Part shown: in pieces, positions 35,361-46,800 of the stretch | Position numbering within the stretch: the stretch's first letter is position 1 | Layout: every line of letters begins with the position of its first letter | DNA from: Azolla caroliniana | Taxonomy: Eukaryota > Plantae > Polypodiophyta | Length of the DNA: 64,000 bases | Reading direction: 5' to 3' | NCBI GenBank assembly: GCA_043228905.1 | Contig: JBHGNT010000002.1 | Location: forward strand, 6,510,001-6,574,000 | The notes under the pieces: generated by a model | Told to the model about the DNA's origin: nothing | Seen by the model: the letters and a program-made list of their open reading frames with translations, nothing else | The model's database searches: none | Translations under genes and position numbers: made by a program

Positions 35361-35819
35361 TAATAAGTATGAGGAGTCCCAGTATGATAAACATTTTTTT
35401 GTGTTTTTTGGGCTTTAAGAAATATATGATGATTAAGTATTCGATTTGTATGATTATTTGTTTGAAGCTTATTGTATCCACTTTGCAAGAATGAATTATG
35501 ATTATGGATACATATATAGTTTGTACTTTGGCTTAAAAAACATTAACACTTTTTTGGTAAAAAAAAAACATTAACACGATATTTATTTTCTGTATTTCAT
35601 TATCTTTGCGAGGTAGTTGTGTCTATTTGTGTACCTTCTATAGTAATAAAATGTATAATAATGAAGCATCATATAGAGCTTTTCATTATAAGAAATTTGT
35701 ATGTCAAATGACATGTTAATTTTTGCACTCTTACGTCATATGACATACATCTTTAAAAAATGCCCATCAAAAAACGTTAAGACTAACCCGTCAAATTCAG
35801 GCCCTGGCTCTAAACACAT

Positions 35820-35825
35820 TATAAA
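35820..35825 (+). promoter_or_regulatory. Candidate TATA box of the peptide gene
   Basis: TATAAA ~100 bp upstream of the ATG; conserved in the paralogue near 43034. Confidence 0.55.
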
Positions 35826-35920
35826 GAGTCCAACGGACTAGCTTTAGTAGCAACAACAAACAAACATATTTACACATTCCATATTGTGTAAGTGAAATCT
35901 AGTATATAAATAACAGCATC

Positions 35921-36157
35921 ATGGAAGAGAGGGGGATGCAACGATTCCTAATTTTGTCAATTTTGCTTTTTTTGACAACCTTAGTCATTCAAGGGCCATC
36001 AACGACCTATGCTATCTCCCCTTCTTCACTTCTATATCCAACTCCACTAATAGCTCCTGTTGTAGCGCCAATTTTGGCCTCAATACCAACAACAAATCCA
36101 ACTCTAACACCAACCCCAACAACAATTCCGGCTCCAACTCCAACACCAACTGCATAA
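35921..36157 (+). CDS. Small secreted Pro/Thr-rich peptide (arabinogalactan/HRGP-like), copy 1, 78 aa
   Basis: Hydrophobic signal-peptide-like N-terminus followed by AP/TP/SP dipeptides; ORF conserved in the paralogue; TATA upstream and AATAAA-like signals downstream. Confidence 0.7.
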   Translation: MEERGMQRFLILSILLFLTTLVIQGPSTTYAISPSSLLYPTPLIAPVVAPILASIPTTNPTLTPTPTTIPAPTPTPTA

Positions 36158-37375
36158 ATTAGACCACATTTTCAACTCAATGCTTAATTTTGCTCCATAA
36201 CACACTATGTGATTCATATTGTATCAATCACATGTATAAATAAGGTTGTGTCTATAAATTAATAAATATATGAGTATGAAAAACAATGTCTTTCGAATTT
36301 CCCTATGATGTTCAAAATATGTGTTATATGGTGTAGTAGTTGTATAATGTGTTATGAGTATTCATTAAGTGCCATGTCAAGTTTTCTAATTGTGTGTTTC
36401 CTCTAGATTGAGGTACATTGATATCTTTATTCTTATTATATGTATTGTACCGATAGGATGAATACATTGGCACACAAGAACGCTAACATGTAAGATATTT
36501 CTTATATCTTCTCATTATATGATTCAATGGCACATGAGTGATGCAAGATCAATAAACCATGATCCTAAATAGAAGAAATTTCTTTCTAAGTCATATTCTC
36601 GCTACATTCTGTCGAAAACAATTAGTATGGGAGACCTACAACAAGTGCTAAGAAAGTATAACAATACGAAGAATTATCTCAACGGGTGCTTCAATTGGAG
36701 ACTATTCTATTGCAACGACAAGTGGTGGAAGTTTAAACCTCGGTGAAAGATCCAAAGATTAGTCTCCAGGAAAAGTTTGATGGTACAAGGTCTCAATTTA
36801 GTGGATTTTTAAATTTGGTACAACTTGTGATTAAATTACATCCAAGTTGTTACCCAATTGATGTTGCTTGCATGGGACTAGTTGGTACCTAGTTAATCGA
36901 TACCGCGTTAGCATGGTTTGCACCACTTCTGGAGAAGCACTCGCCATTGTTAGAAGATTTTGATGGATTTTTAAAAGAATTCCAAGCCAACTTTGGATTC
37001 ACTAATAGTAAGAGGATAACAATAAACAAAATTTGATGATTATGACAAGGAGATCGTCCTGCTTCCGCTTATGCTACATATTTTCACCTCCTAACAAGTA
37101 ATATTCCATGGGGTGAGGCGGTGTTAATGGACCAATTTCGTCAAGGTCTATGCAACAATGTGAAGGATTTACTTCTTACCTTCCATGATGATGCAAAATC
37201 TCTTACTGAAGTAATAAGTCGAGTCATCCAATGTGATAATCGCTTATTTGAGTGGAGGTCTGAATCCCAACAAATGTTACACTTCTGACCAACAGAAACA
37301 TGTGCTTCGGTGGTCGCAACTCCACCCCAAGTGTCAAAGCCAAGTTTGATGGAAGGCCCTAGTCCAATGGAAATC

Positions 37376-37684
37376 TAGATGGGACACGTTGTACAGCCAG
37401 ATCCGGACAAAGGACCGAATTGTCTGGAGGACATCTGAAAAGCATTCGGAAACCCAATCAAACCATAGCCAATCGGAGGCTATAATTGTAAATAACCCTT
37501 ATAGTGTATAAGTATAAATACATTTAGGGCTAACATCATTTTGGTGTGAGTTGTGTGTTGTGAGTGGAGAGTGTAGTGTTAGAGATTATTGTACAGTGAA
37601 GTAATATGAGTGACACACAGAGAGAGATAGATAGATTGTAATATCGTCTTCGGAGGTCAAATATGACCTATGAGATAAAAGCGC

Positions 37685-37735
<51 letters not shown>

Positions 37736-37992
37736 TGTGTGTGTGTGTGTAACTATTGGTTAGACGAAGATGAGCTCGAGGTTGTTGCATTCGAGGCTCC
37801 TTGTAACACCTCCCCATATAGTGGAATAGTTTGGAGATTCTGGGCTCTCGTGGTTATTTCCCATTCAGGGTTTTCCATGTGAAATACTGTGTCTTAGTGT
37901 TCTGTGTACTTTCTCTAATTTCAACTGTTATTTAACTTTCTTGTTGTCATTTCGTTGCTGCTTAAAATTGGTTGTGGCCAACCTCATATCTA
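37376..37992 (+). repeat. Truncated LTR of the 9361/19096 family
   Basis: Shared TGTAAATA.CC, GTATAAATA, GAGCTCGAGGT, GTGGTT.TTTCCC...GGGTTTTCCA and GGTTGTGGCC motifs; termini are missing. Confidence 0.75.
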
Positions 37993-37996
37993 GCAA

Positions 37997-38339
37997 TCTG
38001 CATGTGCATTAAAACTGTTTTGAATCAGTTGCATTGGAGAAGGATGAGGAGCAAGTATGTTTCATTAACATACAAATTCAAGCCTTATGGGAGTGCCCAA
38101 ATCAAGACGAGGTAGGGACAAAGCATATCGCGGATAATAAGCGGTTTCAAGCTGCCTCTCGTGAGCCTATTCCTCCCTTGGTTGGTGAACCTAGGGAGCT
38201 TATTGAACTAGATGATGAGCTTCTAGAGGACCCCACGGTAGCCAGCTTATCTGGAGTGGATGCCGATGCACAGAATTTTGATGACAGTTCTGAAAAGGAA
38301 GACGAAAAGAATGATGAAGTAAATCTTATAGCCATGTGA
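37997..38339 (+). pseudogene. Last exon of DNA methyltransferase, copy 2
   Basis: SACALKLF*..VALEKDEEQVCFINIQIQAL...FQAASREPIPPLVGEPRELI...EDPTVASLSGVD aligns to 28282-28520. Confidence 0.82.
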
Positions 38340-38878
38340 TGAATTGTAATTTATATGACAATTTTGTTTTTTATCCAAAACATTGTAATTGAAGTTTGAT
38401 TCCATTCATTGTCTAAGCAATTGGGTTATTGTAAGGTTGTAATTATTTATTCATGCACGAACGTGTTATTAATACCAAACATATTATCTTTTAGAAAAGG
38501 GGGCACATTATGTTGGGATGTTAATAAGTGGACAATGTAATTTAAGTTTCATGTTCTTACATATTTACCGTTTTAATCGAATGTTCAAGTGATCTAGTTA
38601 TTAAGTTTCTTTCTTTTCTTTGGAGCTCACACAAGTTTATGAATATTGAATATAAACAATTGTTTGAACTAAATATTAAGCTTTTTGTTGTATATAATTA
38701 ATGTTTACATTTAAGAGACACCTTACATTTGGAATGTTTTATTATGTTTTAACCTTGACTGTTTTCAATTGTTGTTTACACTTGTTCCATTTTGGATAAA
38801 ATATTACTTTTGGGATGCTACATTTAAGGTTTTCATCTAAGTTTTATTGTTTGAATGATTTTAATTACGAAATTGTCA

Positions 38879-39104
38879 ACCCCAAGAGTTGTCTCGTACT
38901 AGCCATCACTGCAGGGCACCGTTTTAGCTGTAGGTACTTACATTAAGTAGTCAGTTCGAAAGGCGATGTAACTAGTCTCATTTTCTTGAACTTGATCGAA
39001 GGGAGATTCCCCAATCTATGTTTAAGCCTCCTTGTACAGTCTCTTTGTAATAATCCTTCCTAACTAATGGGAAAGTAGCTTCATTTTGGGAAAAAAATAA
39101 TAAT
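38879..39104 (+). mobile_element. Short retroposed insert (5'-truncated LINE end or SINE-like)
   Basis: 14-bp direct repeats TTACGAAATTGTCA (38865-38878, 39105-39118); A-rich tail AAAAAAATAATAAT. Confidence 0.75.
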
Positions 39105-39272
39105 TTACGAAATTGTCATGACTTTCCAAGAGTGTCATGATATTTTAGATGAAAGTTTTGTCTTTATCATCCATAAGTTTGATATGCATCAAGACTTTTC
39201 ACTAGGTGTAGTTATTATATCCTTCAAGATTTTACTAAGGATTAGACTCCGTAAAACATAAATCACAAACTA

Positions 39273-39663
39273 TAGATTTCACTTCCACTTCTATAACCTA
39301 CACCTCGTCACGATGGTTAAACTTGGAGATCCTATGCTCGAGATCACCCTAAGATTTTGAAAAACTTTCTAAATTTAGTATTAGAGGTTTGAAACTATAT
39401 CCATACGTCAAGTGAGAACTATTTACATATTCTAGAATTTAATTACATTTTGTCTTAGAGATAATCAACTTTAGGAATCAGCAAAAATATACCAGTTTCG
39501 ATTATTGTAATTGTTAAATTTTAATAATTTATTGGGTGCTATATGGGTTGAAGAACATGTGATACTAGTGTATCAAGTTTCTATATATTGCCTAAAATTG
39601 CACATTTATGAAAGGATTCTAATAATGGAACGCATGATCCTTCCACTTTTGAACTTGAACGTG
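39273..39663 (+). mobile_element. Conserved terminal segment of the methyltransferase-carrying element (copy 2)
   Basis: Homologous to 28754-29088; ends ...GATCCTTCCACTTTTGAACTTGAACGTG, where chromovirus integrase codons (LMVGHF) begin immediately. Confidence 0.78.
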
Positions 39664-40833
39664 TTAATGGTTGGACATTTCACCAACCACAAGACTTTTG
39701 AGTTAATTTCTCGACGATATTAGTGGCCACAACTTCACCATTTTGTTACGGATTATGTTCGTAGTTGTGATACATGTTGCCTATCAAAAAAACCTCGACA
39801 TCATCCATATGGCTTATTAAAGCCAATGCCTATTCCTAAGAGCCCATGGAAATCTATTTCGTTGGACTTCCTTACGGATCTACCACCTTCGAAGGGTTTT
39901 GATTCTATTCTCATGGTAGTAGATCGTTTTAAGAAGATGACACATTTTCTTCCATGCACGACGGCCATTACTCGCTACGAGACAGTCAATTTACTCATCC
40001 AGGAGGTGTTTCAACATCATGGTCTTCCAAATGATATTATCAATGATCGGGGTCCCCAGTTCATCTCAAAGTTTTGCCAACACATGCTCAAACTCTTCCA
40101 TACTTCTTGCAAACTCTCTTCTAGCTACCATCCAAAAACTAATGGGTAGAGTGAGTGCTCCAACCAAATAGTAGAGCAATCTTCGTTGTTTTGTCAACTA
40201 TCAACAAGATGATTGGGTTGATCTATTACATTTGGCAGAATTTGCTTACAACAACTCAGAACATTCTTCTATTAGATATTCCCTATTTTTCGCAAACATT
40301 GGGTACCATCCTCGTTGGACGATGCTTGAACATCTCGAACTCCCGATAAACCCAATTGCTAAAGATCGGCTTACTTGACTCTAAGAAATTCAAGTTGTCC
40401 TTTCACACCATTTATGTGATGCTCAAAACACTCAAAAGAAGGTTGACAACCATCATCGACGTGATTCCTCGACTACATTTCAAGTAGGAGATCAAGTATG
40501 GCTCTTACAAGGTAGCATTAAAACCACAAGACCTTGCTGCAAACTAGATTATCAACGTTTTGGCCCATATGTGATCTCTAATGATGTGGCATTTCGCCTT
40601 GGTCTTCCTCCTCATATGCGTCTTCACCCGACCCGGTCTTCCACGTTTCACTTTTGGAGCCCTACACAACAAGCTCTATTCCGAGTCGTGTTACATCACC
40701 CACACCTCCAGTCGAAGTTTCTGATGGCTCTGAATATGAAGTTGTTGGCATTCTCGACTCCAAGATCGTCCGCAACAAACTATATTATTTGGTTCACTGG
40801 TTAGGTTATACACCTAATGATCAAACATGGGAG

Positions 40834-41174
40834 TAGCAATGGGCACGGTTCGGTTCGGTTTCAAGGCAAAGAATACGATTTGAACCGAAACCAAATTGTT
40901 TATATAAAACAAAAACCAAACCAAACCATTTAATAAAAAATTTAAAGCTAAACATTTAAATCAAACTAATTAAACATCTAAATAAACAAAAATACATTAA
41001 ATTAAATAAACATTTAAGTTAAATTTATTAAATCAATAAAAAACCATTAAATTAATAAACTAGTAAGGTAAAAAAAAAGTGAACCAAAAACCTTTAAACC
41101 AAACCTATGAACCCGAGTTTTAGAACCAAACCAAACCAAAGCACTAATTTTTTTGGAACCAATGCCCATTGCTA
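40834..41174. mobile_element. hAT-type MITE (341 bp)
   Basis: TIR TAGCAATGGGCA; 8-bp TSD CATGGGAG; subterminal AAACC(G/A) repeats. Confidence 0.95.
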
Positions 41175-41306
41175 CATGGGAGTCTGTTGAGAATCTTGCT
41201 AATGCCTCTGACATGGTTGTTGCTTTTCACAACAAATATCCCCATAAGCCAACTCTGAAATATTGTCTTCCAACTCATGGAACTTTTCGTCTAAAACGGG
41301 AGATAA

Positions 41307-42301
41307 TGTCATCAAGACATACATTTTAGCTTACACGGATTCGAACCCAAAAATTGTTGGTCTATGTGTTAAACCTTTAACCATTATAATAACATATATG
41401 GTGTATGGTCATAATAATTATATTATTAGTTATTACAAGATATTTAGAGTATTCTAGAACATTCTACAATACTCTATAAGGACCTATACATAGGTGTTTA
41501 TCCATTCATCAGACCTCATTCGGTTCAACACCAGTCTTCAGCCCCTTAGCCTACTCTTTGTAACCCTTTTTCTCTTATAATATAAACTCCTTTTCATTTC
41601 TAGTGTTCTTTCTCTCTCTGTGTGTACCTTCTATCATCTTCTTTCTTCTATTTTCTCTCTCTCTCTCTCTCTCTCTCCTGCTTAGCAATGGGCCCGGTTC
41701 GGTTTCGATTTGGTTCGGTTTCTTGGCCTTGAAACCAAACCAAACCGTTTACGGAAAATTTAGAACCAAACTAAACCGGTTTATCATAAATTAAAACTAA
41801 ACCAAACCATTTTTTAGAGATATTGATTATCATAAATATTATGAATTTGTGTGAGGAAATCATCATAAATTTGGTTATCACACTTATTATAAATTTGGTC
41901 ATCATACTTGTCATAAATTTGGTCATTATACTTATCATAAATTTGACAATCATACATCAAAAGGAGACTCTACTTATAATACATATAAAATTTAATAAGT
42001 TAGAGCCTAGAGGTTTAAAATTAAAAGTTGAAAGTTAGAGACTAAAGATTAAAAATTTAAGAATCTTTTTTAACCTATAAACCTATAAACCTTTAAACCA
42101 AACCCCATAAACCGAAACCGAAACCGATAAACCGCTACACCATGGAATTCAAAACCGAACCAAACCGGATCATAACATTTGAAACCAAACCAAACGATTT
42201 ATTTATCTTTTAACCAATAAATCGTTAAGCCATGGTTTAACGGTTCAGTTCAGTTTAAGCTTAAACCGGGCCCATTACTACTCCTGCTCTTAGTCACCAC
42301 A
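41307..42301 (+). repeat. 3' LTR of the Tcn1-like element, interrupted by a MITE
   Basis: TGTCATC...CACCACA; homologous to 30451-30902. Confidence 0.9.
41683..42280. mobile_element. hAT-type MITE (598 bp)
   Basis: TIR TAG(C/T)AATGGGCCCGGTT; 8-bp TSD CTCCTGCT; internal ~24-bp repeats. Confidence 0.95.
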
Positions 42302-43134
42302 CTCAATACCTCTTTAAACTCTTTGGAAACAACTGTGTAGACAGGTCTTTTTCAACCAAACCATACATCTAATAATATTAATGCAAGAGATATAAAGTGT
42401 AGACAGGTTTTATAACTAATGGAAGGAAATTTTTTTATTTTTTTTAAATATTAAAGTTTTCTTTTCTCCATACATGGAAAAATGATTATTTGACAAGATT
42501 GAAATTATTCATAATTATAAATGAAAGCAAACTAATTATTGTTTATTAACACTCTAAGGTTTCAATCCCCATGGTTATTGTTATCTTTAATCATTTAGGA
42601 AATCTTTTGTAATCATTTTTTTCAAGGAATTTGATATTAGCATGCCATGCACTTCAACTTTGCCATTTTTAAGAAAACAAATCCCATAAAGAGCTATGCA
42701 TTCACAACACAAATGAGATTTTGGAATGTAAATCTCATAAGTGTTTTGTAATATCAAAGTTCTACTTTCCCAAGAATGAAACAATGATTATATAACCATA
42801 TGCAAAAACTTTCCTTCTTTTTAATTTTGTATGCTACTGATGAAACAAACCTATACACAATCTTCTTTATAGTTAATTCCTTGAAAAAGAAAAGGTTGAA
42901 AGTTATTAGGAAACATTAAGGTAGACAAAACAATTATTGTTTATTAACAATTATTTCCATGGATGTTATTATCACTAATCATTTATAAAATCTTTTATTG
43001 ACATTGAACAATATTTGAAGGCTCTAAACACATTATAAAGAGTCCAACAGACTAGCTTTAGTAGCAACAACAAACAAACATATTTACACATTCCATATTG
43101 TGTAAGTGAAATCTAGTATATAAATAATAATATC

Positions 43135-43404
43135 ATGGAAGAGAAGGGAATGCAACGATTCCTAATTTTGTCAATTTTGCTTTTTTTGACAACCTTAGTC
43201 ATTCAAAGGCCATCAACGACCTATGCTATCTCCCCTTCTTCACTTCTATATCCAACTCCACTGATAGCTCCAGTTGTAGCTCCAATTTTGGCCTCAACCC
43301 CAACAACAAATCCAACTCTAACACCAACCCCAACAATAATTCTTGGTCCAACTCCAACCCCAACAACAATTCCTGCTCCAACTCCAACACCAACTAATGC
43401 ATAA
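43135..43404 (+). CDS. Small secreted Pro/Thr-rich peptide, copy 2, 89 aa
   Basis: Paralogue of 35921-36157 with an extra in-frame PTPTPTT-type repeat. Confidence 0.7.
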   Translation: MEEKGMQRFLILSILLFLTTLVIQRPSTTYAISPSSLLYPTPLIAPVVAPILASTPTTNPTLTPTPTIILGPTPTPTTIPAPTPTPTNA

Positions 43405-43887
43405 ATTAGACCACATTTTCAACTCAATGCTTAATTTTGCTCCATAACACACTATGTGATTCATATTGTATCAATCACATGTATAAATAAGGTTGTGTCT
43501 ATAAATTAATAAATATATGAGTATGAAAAACAATGTCTTTTGAATTTCCCTATGATGTTCAAAATATGTGTTATATGGTGTAGTAGTTGTATAATGTGTT
43601 ATGAGTATTCATTAAGTGCCATGTCAAGTTTTCTAATTGTATGTGTTTCCTCTAGATTGAGGTCTTTGTCAACATTGATATCAGTATTCTTATTATATAT
43701 ATTGTACCGATAGGGTGAATACATTGGCACACAAAAACGCTAACATGTAAGATATTTCTAATATCTTCTCATTATATGATTCAATGGCGCATGAGTTGTG
43801 CAAGATCAATAAACCATGAACTTAAATAGAAGACATTTCTTTCTAAATCATATTCTCACTACATTTTGCCGAAAACAATGAGCATGG

Positions 43888-46800
43888 TGTAATCTTTGGC
43901 TCGAAAATCCAACCACCCTGTGGGAAATTACACATATAATTTTCTACATTTTGCGGGAAACCAGATTTGGACTTGCACTTCCGAGTGATTGGTACACCTT
44001 ATGTACTTCAATGTGCGGAAGCAACAGATTTGAACAACGTGCGGAAGCAACAGAAAGCAGAACGTAGGAAAACACAGGTTTAATGGACAACTTGGACACA
44101 CAGTACACAGGAGAGACCAAGAGAGAGAGAGAGACAGAGAGAGTCAATACACACAACTCTATTCAATAAATAATACTCAGTCTATACATAGAACATAGAA
44201 TGTGCTCAGTGAGCACTTTTATACAAGTCCATACGGACTGACAAAAGTACTGACACGTACTTCAATGCTCATAAATGAGCTCTACACTAAGTCCCAAAAT
44301 GTATTCCTACGTGGAATATCTTTCCAATGGCCTTGCAGTTTACACACCGCTACGGCTTCTTGTTGCGCACCGGTTTGCGTCACAGTTTACGCACCCGGTT
44401 TACACACCGGTCCGGCCTAACCAATCGGTCCCAATCGATCTGGTTCTCGGCTTGCACAACCGATCCAGCCAATGTTGAGCTTGTATATCAACACTCCCCC
44501 TCAAGCTCAACTTGAGGCTCTTTTGGTTCTCCTGGATCACCACTCCGATTTCTTCTGGCTTCATGCCTCGCTTGCGCTCCTCGTCCTATTCGATTCAGCG
44601 CGCCTCGACCCTTCCGGTCGGCGTGTGTGCTCGTGCGGCCCTTCTCAACTCCCTTGTTGTCGCGGTGTTGGTGCCTCTTCGGTTGCCCTTTCTTCCGCTT
44701 GGCCCTCGGTTGATTCGGCGTCTCCGAACCAATTCAGCTTCCTCCGATCGGTTTTCGTTTTCGTCCGAGTTGGCTTCATCTCCCCAACGCTTGGCTGGCT
44801 TCGGCTCTTTCTTTCGACTGCTGCCCTCACGTCCACTTTCGAACTCTTTGGTGGATCCGCCCTTGGCTTCTTCAGCCTACCCGAAATCGAATTCGTCAAC
44901 CGAGTCGGCGTCATGGTCTCTTCCACTCCTTTCCTGCTCCCTTCCGTGGTCTTCCGGGACCAAGGGGCTTGGTGAAAATGTCGACGGTCTGTTGATCCGT
45001 CGGAACATACTAAAGTTAGACTTCACCGGAGAGGACACGCTCGTAGACAAAGTGGTAGCGCACCTCAATGTGCTTAGTCCGTGCGTGGAAGACTGGGTTC
45101 TTCGCTAACTGGATGCTGCTAAGGTTGTTGCAGTAGATCGTCGTCAGATCCGACACCTCCACCTCCAAATCCTTAAGTAGTTGTTTCAGCCAGATGGCTT
45201 CGCATGTTGCGACAGCCGCTCCTCTATACTCGGCTTCGGTGCTCGACAGTGCAACTGTCGGCTGCTTCTTGCTACTCCGCGATCGCAGCGCTCCCAAGAG
45301 AGAACGCGAACCCGGATGTGGATCGGCGATCGCCGGCGTTTCCGGCCCAATCAACATCAGTGTAACTGACTAACTACGCGGCAATATCGGTTTGATATAG
45401 TAGCCCCCGGTCCTTAATGCCACTGACATACCAGAGTACGCGTTGTGCGCACTGAAGGTGCTCCTCGGTTGGTCGCGCCATGAACTGACTAATCACACCG
45501 ACCGGGTAACTGAGGTCTAGTCAAGTGATAGTCAAGTAAATGAGGCTTCCGACAATCTATCGGAACATTTTCGGGTCGCAAACCTTTCCAGAGTCGGGGC
45601 GAAGCTTGACGGTTCTATCCAGAGGAGTCGAGACGGACTTACAATCTGCCATCCTGAACTTGAAGAGCATACCCAGCACATAATGTCATTGACTGATCAG
45701 TATGCCTTCGGGGGTACGGATCACTTCGATCCCGAGGAAGAAATGAAGGTCCCCCAGGTCCTTCATGTCAAATGATGCCGCGAACTAGAGCTTTACGCAG
45801 TCAAGTTCACCTAGGTCGGCTCCGGTGATGACCAAGTCATCAACTTAAAGTAAAATACTAACCAACCCGAGTCGACCTTGCTGAATGAATAGTGAAGAGT
45901 CCGATTTGGACGTCACAAATCCCATCTGACGCAATTGTTGCGTGATTTTCGCGTTCCAAGCACGCGGGGCTTGCTTTAGTTCGTAAAGGGACTTCTTCAA
46001 CTGGCAGACCACCAAAGTGTTCATTCCGAAGTGAAATCCGGGGGGTTGTACCATGTACACCTGTTCCTCAAGCTCGTCTTGCAAGAACGCATTCTTGACA
46101 TCCATTTGATGTAAATGCCACCCCTTTGCCGTTGCTACGGCTAACAGAACACGCATGGTAGTCATCTTCGCGACAGGAACAAAGGTCTCGTTGTAGTCCA
46201 CGTTGTGCTTCTGCGCATAGTCTTTCGCTACTAACCGGGCCTTGTATTGGTTGACCGAGCCATCGGTGTTGTACTTGACCTTGTACACCCACCTACATTC
46301 GATCGGGTTCACACCCTTCAGTGTGTCAACTAGGTCCTAGGTTTCATTCTCCGCCAATGCGTGCATCTCTTCCTCCATTGCGGCATGCCAATTTGCGTCC
46401 TTCGCCGCTTTTCTGTAGCTCTCCGGCTCATGCACTTCCGCTACACGCGTCATGTAGGCATAGTGATGCACCATGTACTCGTTGTATCCGAACCGCACAA
46501 CAGGGTTCTTCTAGCGGGCAAATCGGCATAACTGCTCATTAGCCAATGTTGAGGCTTTCTTGGCTGACGCGGACTTCGCTCTTGAAGGCCCATCATTGCT
46601 CTTCTTAGAGTCAGATTCGCGTCGATCCGATTCGCCCTTATCCGTGCCGTACTCCGGCATCTTCTTCTTCCCTTTTTCCTTGCGCGTAAACCGTCTCCTC
46701 AGCTTCCTGCGCGGGGAATGCACAGTCGAGTCTCCACTACTCGCCGGCTCTTCTTCGGACTAGTCAAACCAACCCAGTTGCTCGTTCGGTCCACTTAGCC

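Larger units (their letters stand above)
31782..35806 (+). mobile_element. Full-length hAT DNA transposon (4025 bp)
   Basis: TIRs CAGGGCAGAAATTTGACGGGT / CAGGGCCTGAATTTGACGGGT; 8-bp TSD GCTCTAAA (31774-31781, 35807-35814); empty site at ~43021 in the paralogous segment. Confidence 0.97.
36627..42301 (+). mobile_element. Degenerate Tcn1-like chromovirus: gag 36627-37375, INT-chromodomain 39664-41290, PPT and 3' LTR 41307-42301; PR-RT-RH missing
   Basis: Gag EKFDGTRSQF, ALAWFAPLLE, DQFRQGL, PSPMEI; INT ISLDFLTDL; chromodomain YEVVGILDSK...YLVHWLGY...TWE; PPT at 41293-41306. Confidence 0.88.
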
